A DNA stretch of 44,418 nt from Bacteroidaceae bacterium (GTDB lineage: Bacteria > Bacteroidota > Bacteroidia > Bacteroidales > Bacteroidaceae): the NCBI GenBank assembly GCA_017960825.1, contig JAGCYL010000005.1, positions 1 to 44,418 of the forward strand, written 5' to 3'. The notes beneath the pieces are model-generated. The model saw only the letters and a list, made by a program, of their open reading frames with translations, was not told the origin of the DNA and ran no database searches. Position numbers and translations under genes: made by a program. Below are positions 35,185 to 44,198 of this stretch, in pieces (the first letter of the stretch is position 1; every line of letters starts with the position of its first letter).

Positions 35185-35637
35185 ATGAGAGTAGTCATTC
35201 AGAGAGTGAAAGAAGCTTCGGTAACGATAGATAATGTTGTGAAGTCGCGGATTGGGGTAGGACTGCTTGTGCTACTTGGTGTAGAAGAGGCAGATACCCA
35301 GGAGGACATCGACTGGTTGACAAAGAAGATAGCCCTTTTGCGCGTTTTCAACGATGAAAACGGGGTGATGAACCGCTCTGTCCTCGATGTTGGCGGTGAT
35401 ATTATTGTAGTGAGCCAATTTACTCTTATGGCTTCCTATAAGAAAGGTAACCGTCCGTCATATATTCGTGCAGCAAAGCATGAGATCGCTATACCTCTCT
35501 ATGAATCATTCTGCCAGGCATTGTCGAGGGAGATAGGGAATACTGTAGGTACGGGTGAATTTGGTGCAGATATGCAGGTTGCACTTGTCAATGACGGTCC
35601 TGTAACTATTTGTATGGATACGCATAACAAAGAATAA
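35185..35637 (+). CDS. dtd: D-aminoacyl-tRNA deacylase
   Basis: 150 aa with MRVVIQRV... and SQFTL motifs and a GPVT C-terminal motif. Confidence 0.93.
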   Translation: MRVVIQRVKEASVTIDNVVKSRIGVGLLVLLGVEEADTQEDIDWLTKKIALLRVFNDENGVMNRSVLDVGGDIIVVSQFTLMASYKKGNRPSYIRAAKHEIAIPLYESFCQALSREIGNTVGTGEFGADMQVALVNDGPVTICMDTHNKE

Positions 35638-35662
35638 TATTGTCTAAGTCAGGAAAAAGATG

Positions 35663-35670
35663 TAATTTTG
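35663..35670 (+). promoter_or_regulatory. candidate -7 box TAATTTTG for deoC
   Basis: Exact TAnnTTTG(CA) match 21 nt upstream of ATG 35691. It argues against the TTG start at 35640. Confidence 0.4.
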
Positions 35671-35690
35671 CATTACAAAATCACTACAAG

Positions 35691-36641
35691 ATGAATACTG
35701 ATTATCACCACCATCATCACGACCATGACCATGGCCACAGTCATGACGAGCCATTGAAATCTCGTTATGAGCAGGCTTTCAGTAAGTTTGATCTTCATCT
35801 GCACGATGAGATCGTACAGGAAGAAGCCAAGAACTTAATAGCAAAACATATAGACGAGAATCGCACTCCCGATGTGCTGCGCTTTCTGCTCAGCACGATT
35901 GAGCTGACATCGCTTAAAGTGACGGACAACGAGGATAGCATACTGCGAATGGTGGAGCGTGTGAATAGTTTTGTCAATGATAATCCCGCGTTGCCTCATC
36001 CTGCCGGAATATGTGTCTATCCCCGATTTGTGAACATTGTCAGCAACAGTTTGGAAGTAGAGGAGATGGAAATCAGCACGGTCTGTGGTGGATTTCCTTC
36101 TAGCCAGACTTTCCCTGAGCTGAAAACGGTGGAGACAGCTCTTGCGGTGAAGGATGGTGCTACTGAGATTGACGCTGTTCTGCCTGTTGGCTTTTATTTG
36201 GCAGAGGATTACGATACCGTTTACAATGAGATAGATGAGATAAAACTTGCTTGTGGACAGGAAGTTCCGCTAAAGATTATACTTGAAACGGGAGCACTGC
36301 AGACCGCGGCGAATGTCAAGAAGGCAGCTATCCTCGCCATCTATAGCGGAGCTGACTTTATCAAGACCAGCACGGGCAAGATAGAACCCGGAGCTACGCC
36401 TGCGGCTGTATATATTATGTGTCAGACAATACGGGAATATTATGAACAGACCGGTACTGCCATTGGCATTAAGATAGCAGGTGGTGTGCGCGCTGTAGAA
36501 GATGCTCTGAAGTATTATACCATAGTGAAGGAAGTTCTTGGCGAGGAGTGGCTCAATAGTCGCCTCTTTCGTATTGGAGCCAGTGGCCTTGCAAATAACC
36601 TTTTGTCCGAAATCATCGGGAAGAAAGTGGATGTTTTATAA
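35691..36641 (+). CDS. deoC: deoxyribose-phosphate aldolase with His-rich N-terminal extension
   Basis: ORF 35640..36641 with ATG at 35691 (MNTDYHHHHHDHDHGHSHD). The Schiff-base Lys context FIKTSTGK and DeoC-like TIM-barrel pattern are present. Confidence 0.88.
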   Translation: MNTDYHHHHHDHDHGHSHDEPLKSRYEQAFSKFDLHLHDEIVQEEAKNLIAKHIDENRTPDVLRFLLSTIELTSLKVTDNEDSILRMVERVNSFVNDNPALPHPAGICVYPRFVNIVSNSLEVEEMEISTVCGGFPSSQTFPELKTVETALAVKDGATEIDAVLPVGFYLAEDYDTVYNEIDEIKLACGQEVPLKIILETGALQTAANVKKAAILAIYSGADFIKTSTGKIEPGATPAAVYIMCQTIREYYEQTGTAIGIKIAGGVRAVEDALKYYTIVKEVLGEEWLNSRLFRIGASGLANNLLSEIIGKKVDVL

Positions 36642-36659
36642 TGCCGCATGTATGCAAAA

Positions 36660-36700
36660 TTAAGGACCGCTGCGATGAAAAATTGCAGTGGTCCTTAATT
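36660..36700. terminator. bidirectional terminator between convergent deoC and polA
   Basis: TTAAGGACCGCTGC pairs with GCAGTGGTCCTTAA (one G-U pair). The flanks are A/T-rich. Confidence 0.75.
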
Positions 36701-36741
36701 ATAAAAGGGAAAGTTGAGAAGCAAACAGGGCGGACAAATAA

Positions 36742-39567
36742 TTAATGCGCTTCGAGCCAGTTGCTGCCCCAGCCGCAGTCAGCAAGAAGTGGCACTTTGA
36801 GTTCTATGGCGTGTTCCATTTCGTATTTCACAATCTGTTCCACAGTCTCCTTTTCTTCAGGAACCACGCTGAAGTTCAGTTCATCGTGAACTTGCAGAAT
36901 CATTTTAGATTTTAGATTTTCCTCGTTGAAACGGCGGAAAATACGCACCATTGCAATCTTGATGATGTCAGAGGCAGAGCCTTGTATAGGAGCGTTTACA
37001 GCATTGCGTTCGGCGTATCCGCGGACCACAGCATTGTGAGAGATGATGTCAGGAATGTAACGACGACGATGGAAAATTGTTTCGATAAAACCGTCGTTTT
37101 TAGCTTTATCCTTCGTTTCTTCTATAAAGTCGCGTATGCCAGTGTATGTGTTGAAATAGCCTTCTATCAGTTCTTTTGCTTCAGTGCGACTTACCCCCAT
37201 GCGCTGGGCAAGGCCGAAGGCAGAGATGCCATACATTATGCCGAAGTTGGCTGTCTTAGCCTTGCGACGCTCGTCAGCGGTGACGTCGGCGAGGTTTTTC
37301 CGGAAGATTTTTGCAGCAGTGGCAGCATGGACATCGTTGCCTTGGAAGAAGGCGTCTATCATGTGCTGGTCACCTGAGAGATGCGCCATTACGCGCAACT
37401 CAATCTGCGAGTAGTCGGCAGAGAAGAATAGCTGGCCTTTTTCTGGAATAAATGCCTTGCGTATTTCTTTGCCGTCATCACCGCGCACAGGTATGTTTTG
37501 CAGATTAGGATCGCTCGAAGAGAGGCGTCCTGTGGCAGTGATAGCTTGATTAAAAGAAGAGTGGATATGGCCTGTTGCCGGGTTTATTAGTTTTGGAAGC
37601 GCGTCGATGTATGTGCCGAGCAGTTTCTTCATCGCGCGATATTTGAGGATATAGTCCACCACGGGACTTTCCGGGCGCAGCGTTTCCAGCACTTCTTCGT
37701 TGGTAACATATTGTCCAGTTTTGGTCTTCTTTGCCTTATCGCTCAGTTTGAGGCGTTCAAAAAGAACTTCGCCCACCTGTTTCGGCGATGAAATGTTGAA
37801 TTTTACACCGCTCAGTGAGTAAGCTTGTTCTTCATATTCGTTCATGCGAGCAGTGAAAAGTTGTGACGTTTCCTGCAGCGAATCGATGTCAATTCTTACG
37901 CCAGTCAGTTCCATGTCTGCCAGCACCAGGGAGAGCGGCACCTCTGTTTCTAGGTAGAAGGGTAGCACTTGTTCTTCCTCCAGTTTTTGATAGAGTAGGG
38001 GATAGAGTCTGAACACAGCGTCGGTCTGCTGTGCCAAATACTGGGATAAAACCGTGATATTTGCTTCGCGACAATCTTGCCTTTCCTTCCATTTTTCGCC
38101 AAACACTTGCGAGATGTCCATCAGCGAGGTGTGCAGATAAGTCTCTGCCAGTTGAAAGAGTCCATGTCTCAATTCTGGCTGTAGCACATAGTGTGCGAGC
38201 ATAGTGTCGAACACTTGCCCTTTTATCTCAATTCCGAGTTTCTTGAGCATTTGGGCTTGAGGTTTGAGGTTATGACAAATCTTCAGAGTTGCCTCGTTTT
38301 CAAACATTGCCTTAATCCACGCATACAATTGTCCGTATTCTTGGAAATTTTCACGCAGTTTTAGGTACACACTCTCGCCATTGTCCATTCTTAGGGCAAG
38401 ACCGCACATTTTTGACTCAATAGAGTTAATCGATGTACCTGCGATGCTAAAAGCAAACTTTTCCCTGCAAAAAAATTCGGCCATTTTTTTAGCCTGTTCT
38501 ACCTCATTATCAATAATTTGACACTCAAGATTTGACATTTCTACCGCGATTTCCTGCGCTTCTACGGATTCGTCTGACCAGTCGTCCGTGTCTGTGGCAA
38601 ATAAATCGAGTTGAATTGGGCCGCTCGGTTTGCTTTTTGCAGATTGGGTGTTCTCTGCGTGTCTTTGAGTTGTGTCGTGACCAGAGGGTAGGGTGGGGGA
38701 GTTGTCAACAACTTTCTTGATGAGAGAGTAAAACTCCAGGTCCTTAAATAGTTCACGCAGTTTTTCCTTGTCGGGAGATTTTCTACGAAGACTGTTAGTA
38801 TCAAATTCGAGGGGGACGTCGGTCTTAATTTTTACGAGGAACTTAGAGAAGAGAACCTGTTCCTTGTTGGCTTCTATCTTTTCCCGAAGTTTGCCTTTAA
38901 TCTTGGAAGTGTCAAGATACATGTCCTCTATCGAGTCGTAGGTCTGCATCAGGGAGCATGCAGTCTTCTCTCCTACGCCTGGACAGCCAGGCACATTATC
39001 CACAGCATCACCCATAAGCCCGAGGATGTCCACCACTTGTTCCGCTTTCTTGATGCCATATTTGGCGCATACTTCGGCAGGACCCAGTTTCTCCGCCCCC
39101 TTACTGCCAAGTCCGGGCTTGTAGATAAGCACATTGTTGCGCACCAGTTGGCCGTAGTCTTTATCGGGCGTCATCATGTAGGTAAGAATGCCTTTCTGTC
39201 CTGCCTGCAGGGCTATTGTGCCAATCACATCATCGGCTTCGTATCCTGGCACCTCTAAAATTTCTATATTGTACGCGCGTAGGATTTCCTTGATAATAGG
39301 AACGCTGAATCGGATGTCCTCGGGAGTCTCCTCACGTTGTGCCTTGTATTGGGGATATATTTCATGGCGAAAAGTGCCCCCTTTGGGGTCAAAGGCCACA
39401 GCTATATGCGTAGGATTTTCTTTCTGCAGAATTTCCTCCAAAGTGTTCACAAACCCGAAAATGGCCGATGTATTTTGTTTTTTCGAGTTAATGCGCGGAT
39501 TGTGGATAAGGGCGTAGTAAGCTCTGTAAATCAGCGCATAAGCATCTAAAAGGAAGAGTTTTTCCAT
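36742..39567 (-). CDS. polA: DNA polymerase I
   Basis: 941 aa with a 5'-3' exonuclease N-terminus, a 3'-5' exonuclease-like middle and pol A motifs (DYSQIELR, QVHDEL). Confidence 0.97.
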   Translation of the reverse strand: MEKLFLLDAYALIYRAYYALIHNPRINSKKQNTSAIFGFVNTLEEILQKENPTHIAVAFDPKGGTFRHEIYPQYKAQREETPEDIRFSVPIIKEILRAYNIEILEVPGYEADDVIGTIALQAGQKGILTYMMTPDKDYGQLVRNNVLIYKPGLGSKGAEKLGPAEVCAKYGIKKAEQVVDILGLMGDAVDNVPGCPGVGEKTACSLMQTYDSIEDMYLDTSKIKGKLREKIEANKEQVLFSKFLVKIKTDVPLEFDTNSLRRKSPDKEKLRELFKDLEFYSLIKKVVDNSPTLPSGHDTTQRHAENTQSAKSKPSGPIQLDLFATDTDDWSDESVEAQEIAVEMSNLECQIIDNEVEQAKKMAEFFCREKFAFSIAGTSINSIESKMCGLALRMDNGESVYLKLRENFQEYGQLYAWIKAMFENEATLKICHNLKPQAQMLKKLGIEIKGQVFDTMLAHYVLQPELRHGLFQLAETYLHTSLMDISQVFGEKWKERQDCREANITVLSQYLAQQTDAVFRLYPLLYQKLEEEQVLPFYLETEVPLSLVLADMELTGVRIDIDSLQETSQLFTARMNEYEEQAYSLSGVKFNISSPKQVGEVLFERLKLSDKAKKTKTGQYVTNEEVLETLRPESPVVDYILKYRAMKKLLGTYIDALPKLINPATGHIHSSFNQAITATGRLSSSDPNLQNIPVRGDDGKEIRKAFIPEKGQLFFSADYSQIELRVMAHLSGDQHMIDAFFQGNDVHAATAAKIFRKNLADVTADERRKAKTANFGIMYGISAFGLAQRMGVSRTEAKELIEGYFNTYTGIRDFIEETKDKAKNDGFIETIFHRRRYIPDIISHNAVVRGYAERNAVNAPIQGSASDIIKIAMVRIFRRFNEENLKSKMILQVHDELNFSVVPEEKETVEQIVKYEMEHAIELKVPLLADCGWGSNWLEAH

Positions 39568-39632
39568 GGTAGTAACTGAAATTTGTTGGTAAAATTACGT
39601 AATTATTGCGACTTTAACCGCCGATTTATTAC

Positions 39633-39640
39633 TAAATTTG
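39633..39640 (+). promoter_or_regulatory. candidate -7 box TAAATTTG
   Basis: Exact TAnnTTTG match 20 nt upstream of the GTG start at 39660. Confidence 0.35.
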
Positions 39641-39659
39641 CTTTCGAAAATTATATTAC

Positions 39660-40631
39660 GTGGACAAGATATCACTTATTCGCAAGCCTATAGAGGCAGA
39701 GCTGGAGCAGTTTGGTGCTCTTTTTGACGAAACAATGAGTCAGGCCGATGGCCTGCTGGGCAGGATTTGTCAGGGCATTGCCGAGCGCAAGGGAAAACTT
39801 ATGCGCCCCATCCTGCTGTTGCTCGTGGCCAAGGAGTGGGGCGAGGTAACCATGGCTGCCTATCGCTCTGCACTTACCTTGGAGTTGCTTCACAACGCAT
39901 CGCTCGTCCATGACGATATTGTTGACGAGAGCGATATGCGCCGCGGCAAGCCGTCTGTGCGCTCCATCTATGGCAACAAGACTGCAGTTCTTGCAGGCGA
40001 CTATCTTCTCTCTTCAGCCCTCGAGAGTGCTGCCCTCAGTGGTGACATAGAGATAGTAAACAATGTTTCTCTGCTTGGCAAGCAACTCAGTGAGGGAGAG
40101 CTATTGCAACTTTTCAACACTCAGAACACAGATTTCAGCGAGGAGAAGTATTATCATATTATTCGCCTTAAGACAGCCTCTCTCTTTTCTGCAGCCACCC
40201 GCATTGGCGCCATTTCTTCAGGCGCGTCTGCCGATGCCGTGAGCAGGATGGACCGTCTGGGTGACCTTATTGGCCTGTGTTTTCAGATACGCGACGATAT
40301 CTTCGACTATTTCAACGACAATGTAGGCAAGCCTTGTGGCAACGATATGCTTGAGGGCAAACTCACGCTACCTGCGCTCTATGTACTCAACAAGACTGAC
40401 GATGCAGACATTCTCGGCATTGCTGCCAAGGTACGCGGTGGTTCTGCTACTGCCGAGGAGATAGCCTCACTCGTTGATTTCACCAAGGCGCAGGGTGGCA
40501 TTGCCTACGCCAACGACCGTATGGAGCAACTTTCTGCCGAAGCTAAGACGCTGATCTCTGATTTCCACAATACCGAAATCCACTCTGCCCTCATCCATTA
40601 CATTGAGTTTGTCAGCGAGCGGACGATGTAA
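39660..40631 (+). CDS. polyprenyl diphosphate synthase (IspB-like, trans-IPPS)
   Basis: 323 aa with a GTG start and two Asp-rich motifs, LVHDDIVDES and FQIRDDIFD. Confidence 0.9.
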   Translation: MDKISLIRKPIEAELEQFGALFDETMSQADGLLGRICQGIAERKGKLMRPILLLLVAKEWGEVTMAAYRSALTLELLHNASLVHDDIVDESDMRRGKPSVRSIYGNKTAVLAGDYLLSSALESAALSGDIEIVNNVSLLGKQLSEGELLQLFNTQNTDFSEEKYYHIIRLKTASLFSAATRIGAISSGASADAVSRMDRLGDLIGLCFQIRDDIFDYFNDNVGKPCGNDMLEGKLTLPALYVLNKTDDADILGIAAKVRGGSATAEEIASLVDFTKAQGGIAYANDRMEQLSAEAKTLISDFHNTEIHSALIHYIEFVSERTM

Positions 40632-40655
40632 AATCAGGGGAGTATATTTCTACCA

Positions 40656-41774
40656 TTATTTAAGTTTGCGCCATTGTGTTCCTGGCAACTGTCGCACTAA
40701 ACCGCGAAATTCCAGTTCGCTAAGCGTAGACATAACCGTTGGCGCACTCATTCCGGTGGATGTCAGCAGTGTGCTTAGATGTGTGGGCTCAGTCCGCAGT
40801 GCGTTGTACACCATTCTTTCTTCTGTAGTGAAGTCATCATCAAAAAGAGTAGGCTGCGTCTGCAACTTTTCCTTCGGAATTTCCCATCCCAGTGTGGAAA
40901 CTATGTCGGCAGCCGAACTGACGAGGGCTGCGCGATTGGTGGCTATCAGCCGGTTGCAGCCTATGGAGGAGGGGTCGTTGGCGCGCCCTGGACATGCCAT
41001 CACCGTGAGACTGTACTCGTTGGCGTAGCGTGCAGTAGTAAGCGCACCGCCCCGTTCTTTGCTCTCCACTACGAGCGTTGCTTCGGCAATGCCGGCAATC
41101 AGACGATTGCGCTGCAGGAAATAGATAGGTTCCATCTTGGTGAACGAGGGGAACTCTGTAAGCAGACCTCCGTTCTGCATCATTCGCTCTGCCGTGTTGC
41201 GATGTGTGGATGGGTATATTCTGTCATGGCCGTGAGCCAGCAGTGCCACAGTAGGAAGGTTGTTTTCGAGCGCTGCACGATGGGCATTGATGTCAATGCC
41301 GTAGGCAAGACCGCTGACTATGAGCAAATCAGGGAAGTATCTGGCTAATTCACTGATGATAGCTTCCACCATGTCGCGGCCGTACTCTGTGCTGGCACGT
41401 GTGCCTACAATGGCAAGTGAATGGTTGGGATTGAGATTGGTGTTGCCCTTGTGATATAGTGCGAGAGGCGCATCGACACACACCTCGAGCAGTTGTTTGG
41501 GATAAGCACAGTTATCGGGGGTAAGGATATCGACACCATATTTCTCGGCAAACTCCATTTCGCGTGTGGCTCTGTCGAGAAAACTTTTTAGATTTCCTTC
41601 GTCAATGAGGAAGGCCTGCGGATTGAGGTCAGGCGCTATAGCCTGAAGGTCCGAGGCGTTTTCCACTATAGCCGTGGCCGAGCCTACCCGTTGATATAGT
41701 TCCAGCAGCTGTCGGCTGCGGTTTGCAAACATCATGGCAAGAGCCACGCAGTTTAGGGTTTCGTTTGATGTCAT
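40656..41774 (-). CDS. dprA: DNA-processing protein DprA
   Basis: 372 aa with the Rossmann-like DprA core (IVSGLAYGIDINAHRAAL) and a C-terminal winged-helix-like tail. Confidence 0.92.
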   Translation of the reverse strand: MTSNETLNCVALAMMFANRSRQLLELYQRVGSATAIVENASDLQAIAPDLNPQAFLIDEGNLKSFLDRATREMEFAEKYGVDILTPDNCAYPKQLLEVCVDAPLALYHKGNTNLNPNHSLAIVGTRASTEYGRDMVEAIISELARYFPDLLIVSGLAYGIDINAHRAALENNLPTVALLAHGHDRIYPSTHRNTAERMMQNGGLLTEFPSFTKMEPIYFLQRNRLIAGIAEATLVVESKERGGALTTARYANEYSLTVMACPGRANDPSSIGCNRLIATNRAALVSSAADIVSTLGWEIPKEKLQTQPTLFDDDFTTEERMVYNALRTEPTHLSTLLTSTGMSAPTVMSTLSELEFRGLVRQLPGTQWRKLK

Positions 41775-41793
41775 AAGGATAATTTTTGCAATG

Positions 41794-41801
41794 CAAAGTT
41801 A
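41794..41801 (-). promoter_or_regulatory. candidate -7 box TAACTTTG (minus strand) for dprA
   Basis: Plus strand reads CAAAGTTA, 20 nt upstream of the dprA ATG (41774). Confidence 0.4.
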
Positions 41802-41847
41802 GGCAAAAAAAGTGAAATAATAGGAGGCAAAAACGGCAGTATTGTTG

Positions 41848-41855
41848 TATATTTG
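41848..41855 (+). promoter_or_regulatory. candidate -7 box TATATTTG for the fucosidase gene
   Basis: Exact TAnnTTTG(CAG) match 23 nt upstream of ATG 41878. Confidence 0.4.
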
Positions 41856-41877
41856 CAGTCAGAAAAAAGATTGTGAG

Positions 41878-43347
41878 ATGCTTTACAGAAAATTATTCTT
41901 TATGCTTGGTCTTTTTTTCCTATGTGTGGGGACAGAAGGCCGTGTGAAAGCCCCGTCGCCCTGTGGACCTGTGCCTACTGAGCGCCAACTGCGGTGGCAC
42001 GATATGGAGATGTATGCCTTTATCCATTTCACCACCACCACATTCCGCGATATAGAGTGGGGATATGGAGATGCCGCCCCCGATGAGTTTAAGCCCGACA
42101 GCCTTGACTGCGACCAGTGGGCCAGAGTCCTCAAGGCAGCAGGAATGAAGGGAGTGGTCCTTACTGCCAAGCATCACGATGGATTCTGCCTGTGGCCGTC
42201 GCGTCACACCGACTATAGCGTGGCAGCCTGTCAATGGCAGCAAGGTAAAGGCGATATTCTAAAGGAACTTTCCCTTGCAGCCCGCAGACATGGCCTCAAG
42301 TTTGGAGTGTATCTCTCCCCATGGGACCGCCACGACCTGCGCTACGGCACTCCGGAGTATGTTGACTATTTCAGAGCCCAACTGAGGGAGCTGCTTACCG
42401 ACTATGGGCCAATCTTCGAGGTGTGGCAGGATGGAGCAAATGGTGGCGACGGCTATTATGGCGGAGCTTGCGAGCAGAGAGTGATAGACAAGCTTACATA
42501 CTATGGTTGGGAGCAGACCGACAGCATCATACGTGAGTTGCAGCCGTGGGCGGCAATCTTCAGCGACGAAGGGCCTGACACACGGTGGTGTGGCACAGAG
42601 AGTGGATATGTGGGTGAGACAAACTGGAGCACTATTACCCGTGGGCGGGCTCCCGAGGGGGCAGCGCGAACAGCGTGGCTACAGCAAGGCGAGGAGAACG
42701 GGCTCGATTGGGTGCCGGCGGAGGTGGATGTGTCCATACGCCCCGGATGGTTCTATCATCCAAGGGAAGACAAAGAAGTGAAGACAGTGGCCCAACTGAT
42801 GGATATCTACTATAATTCCGTGGGAAGGGGAGCCAATCTGATATTAAACGTTCCGCCGATGCCGAGCGGGCGTATTCATCCTACTGATGAAGCAAATCTA
42901 CGCGCTTTCGGCGAAGCGCTGAAGAAAGAATTTTCGAAGCCGTTGTGTAATCGTTCCATGCGCATCTCTGCCACCAATACCAGAGGCCGCAGCCGCAAGT
43001 TTGCACCAATTCGCGTGCTTGACGGAAAGAAAGACACCTATTGGGCTACTGATGACAGCGTAAAGAGTGCAGAAATAACGATGAACTTTGAAACGGAGCG
43101 CGAGTTCAACCGCCTGAGTATCAGCGAGTACATTCCTCTCGGACAAAGAGTGAGGGCGTGGCGCGTCGAGACAAAACAAAATGATGGAAGCTGGCATCAA
43201 ATAGCTGCCGCCACCACCATTGGACATAAACGATTACTCAAATTTGAGAAGGTACGTGCACGCGAGGTTCGCATCTGTATTACTGATGCTAAGGCATGTC
43301 CCTGCATAAGTGACGTGCAACTCTTTCTCAGTGAGGGCGATAATTAG
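41878..43347 (+). CDS. alpha-L-fucosidase (GH29) with C-terminal F5/8 type C (discoidin) domain
   Basis: ORF 41842..43347 with signal peptide MLYRKLFFMLGLFFLCVG at ATG 41878. The GH29 region (LTAKHHDGFCLWPS) and a discoidin-like C-terminus are present. Confidence 0.9.
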   Translation: MLYRKLFFMLGLFFLCVGTEGRVKAPSPCGPVPTERQLRWHDMEMYAFIHFTTTTFRDIEWGYGDAAPDEFKPDSLDCDQWARVLKAAGMKGVVLTAKHHDGFCLWPSRHTDYSVAACQWQQGKGDILKELSLAARRHGLKFGVYLSPWDRHDLRYGTPEYVDYFRAQLRELLTDYGPIFEVWQDGANGGDGYYGGACEQRVIDKLTYYGWEQTDSIIRELQPWAAIFSDEGPDTRWCGTESGYVGETNWSTITRGRAPEGAARTAWLQQGEENGLDWVPAEVDVSIRPGWFYHPREDKEVKTVAQLMDIYYNSVGRGANLILNVPPMPSGRIHPTDEANLRAFGEALKKEFSKPLCNRSMRISATNTRGRSRKFAPIRVLDGKKDTYWATDDSVKSAEITMNFETEREFNRLSISEYIPLGQRVRAWRVETKQNDGSWHQIAAATTIGHKRLLKFEKVRAREVRICITDAKACPCISDVQLFLSEGDN

Positions 43348-43350
43348 AAG

Positions 43351-43743
43351 TTACTCAAATATAGCATTCAGCTCAGGCGAGTCACCGAGTTTTCCGTTGA
43401 CACGGGCCACGGTTTCCACCTTGCCTCGCACACACAGCTTCTCGTCGGGCAGACGGTAGATATCCTGCTGGAACACATACTTCGGCCCTTCCTTATACAC
43501 ATTCAGGCAACTCACAAAATCCTTGTCAGGAGTGAGTGGCTCCTTGAACTGCACAGTCACGCGGGCAACCACAGCATCTACTCCCTTCTTGTGCAGCTCG
43601 ATGAAACTGATGCCCTTGCTCAGCAGAAACTGGTGGCGGGTGTGCTCCATATAGTGCAGATAGTTGGCATTGTTGACGATGCCCTCTATATCGCACTCAT
43701 AGTCGCGCACCGTCATCTGGAGTTTGTAAACATAGTCTTTCAT
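43351..43743 (-). CDS. acyl-CoA thioesterase (hotdog fold, YbgC/4HBT family)
   Basis: ORF 43351..43860. The conserved start MKDYVYKLQMTVRDYECDIEGIVNNANYLHYME is at ATG 43743. Confidence 0.85.
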   Translation of the reverse strand: MKDYVYKLQMTVRDYECDIEGIVNNANYLHYMEHTRHQFLLSKGISFIELHKKGVDAVVARVTVQFKEPLTPDKDFVSCLNVYKEGPKYVFQQDIYRLPDEKLCVRGKVETVARVNGKLGDSPELNAIFE

Positions 43744-43764
43744 GGCGCAATCATTATTTAGCTG

Positions 43765-43772
43765 CAAAGTTA
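43765..43772 (-). promoter_or_regulatory. candidate -7 box TAACTTTG (minus strand) for the thioesterase gene
   Basis: Plus strand reads CAAAGTTA, 22 nt upstream of ATG 43743. Confidence 0.4.
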
Positions 43773-43865
43773 GCATGTTTGTTCGTGAAAAGAGAGCGAA
43801 GGACACGATTTTTTTGAGAAAACGCGTTAACTTTAGCATTTCAAATCTAACGAGTTTCAACTTTC

Positions 43866-43897
43866 CCCCTAAGCTAGGGGAGTCCCCCGTAGGGGGA
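43866..43897. repeat. two adjacent G/C mini-hairpins
   Basis: CCCCTA-agc-TAGGGG (43866-43880) and TCCCCC-gta-GGGGGA (43883-43897). Confidence 0.55.
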
Positions 43898-43963
43898 GGA
43901 AGAGAGTTCTTTTATCTTTACGACAAAGTTCTACTTTTAATTTTAAAGTTACGCGCGGAGCGC

Positions 43964-44089
43964 GAGAGTGCTTTAAGATTTCACGAGAGTGCTCTAAGAT
44001 TTCACGAGAGTGCTCTATGATTTTGTAAGAGCGCTCTAAGATTTTGTAAGAGCGCTTTTAGATTGCGTAAGGTCGCGTTTAGATTCAGA
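43964..44089 (+). repeat. tandem array B: 6 contiguous units of 21 bp, same family and orientation as array A
   Basis: The units are GAGAGTGCTTTAAGATTTCAC, GAGAGTGCTCTAAGATTTCAC, GAGAGTGCTCTATGATTTTGT, AAGAGCGCTCTAAGATTTTGT, AAGAGCGCTTTTAGATTGCGT and AAGGTCGCGTTTAGATTCAGA. The degenerate tail (GCGT AAGGTCGCGTnTAGATT) is the same as in array A. Confidence 0.92.
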
Positions 44090-44198
44090 AAATGCGCTGT
44101 TAGGCTAATTCTTCACAGCCTTCACTTATCTATGAGGTTGTCAATGTGAATCGCCTGAAAGCATATAATGAAGATATTCAAACTATCGCGGCCCAACA

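Noticed and set aside
23471-43898. The shared TAGGGGGAG 9-mer (23471 and 43890), and the shared 15-mer CTATCTTTGCAGCGT (23455-23469, and its reverse complement at 762-776).
   Set aside because: The 9-mer is far below chance significance. The 15-mer is borderline and largely explained by the common promoter consensus TAnnTTTGCAG.
1046-44089. The 42.7-kb interval bounded by the two co-oriented arrays read as a mobile element or island.
   Set aside because: The interior is housekeeping sequence (leuS, tyrS, polA, lepB, mnmG, probable oriC and parS), and it contains no integrase, transposase or conjugation genes.
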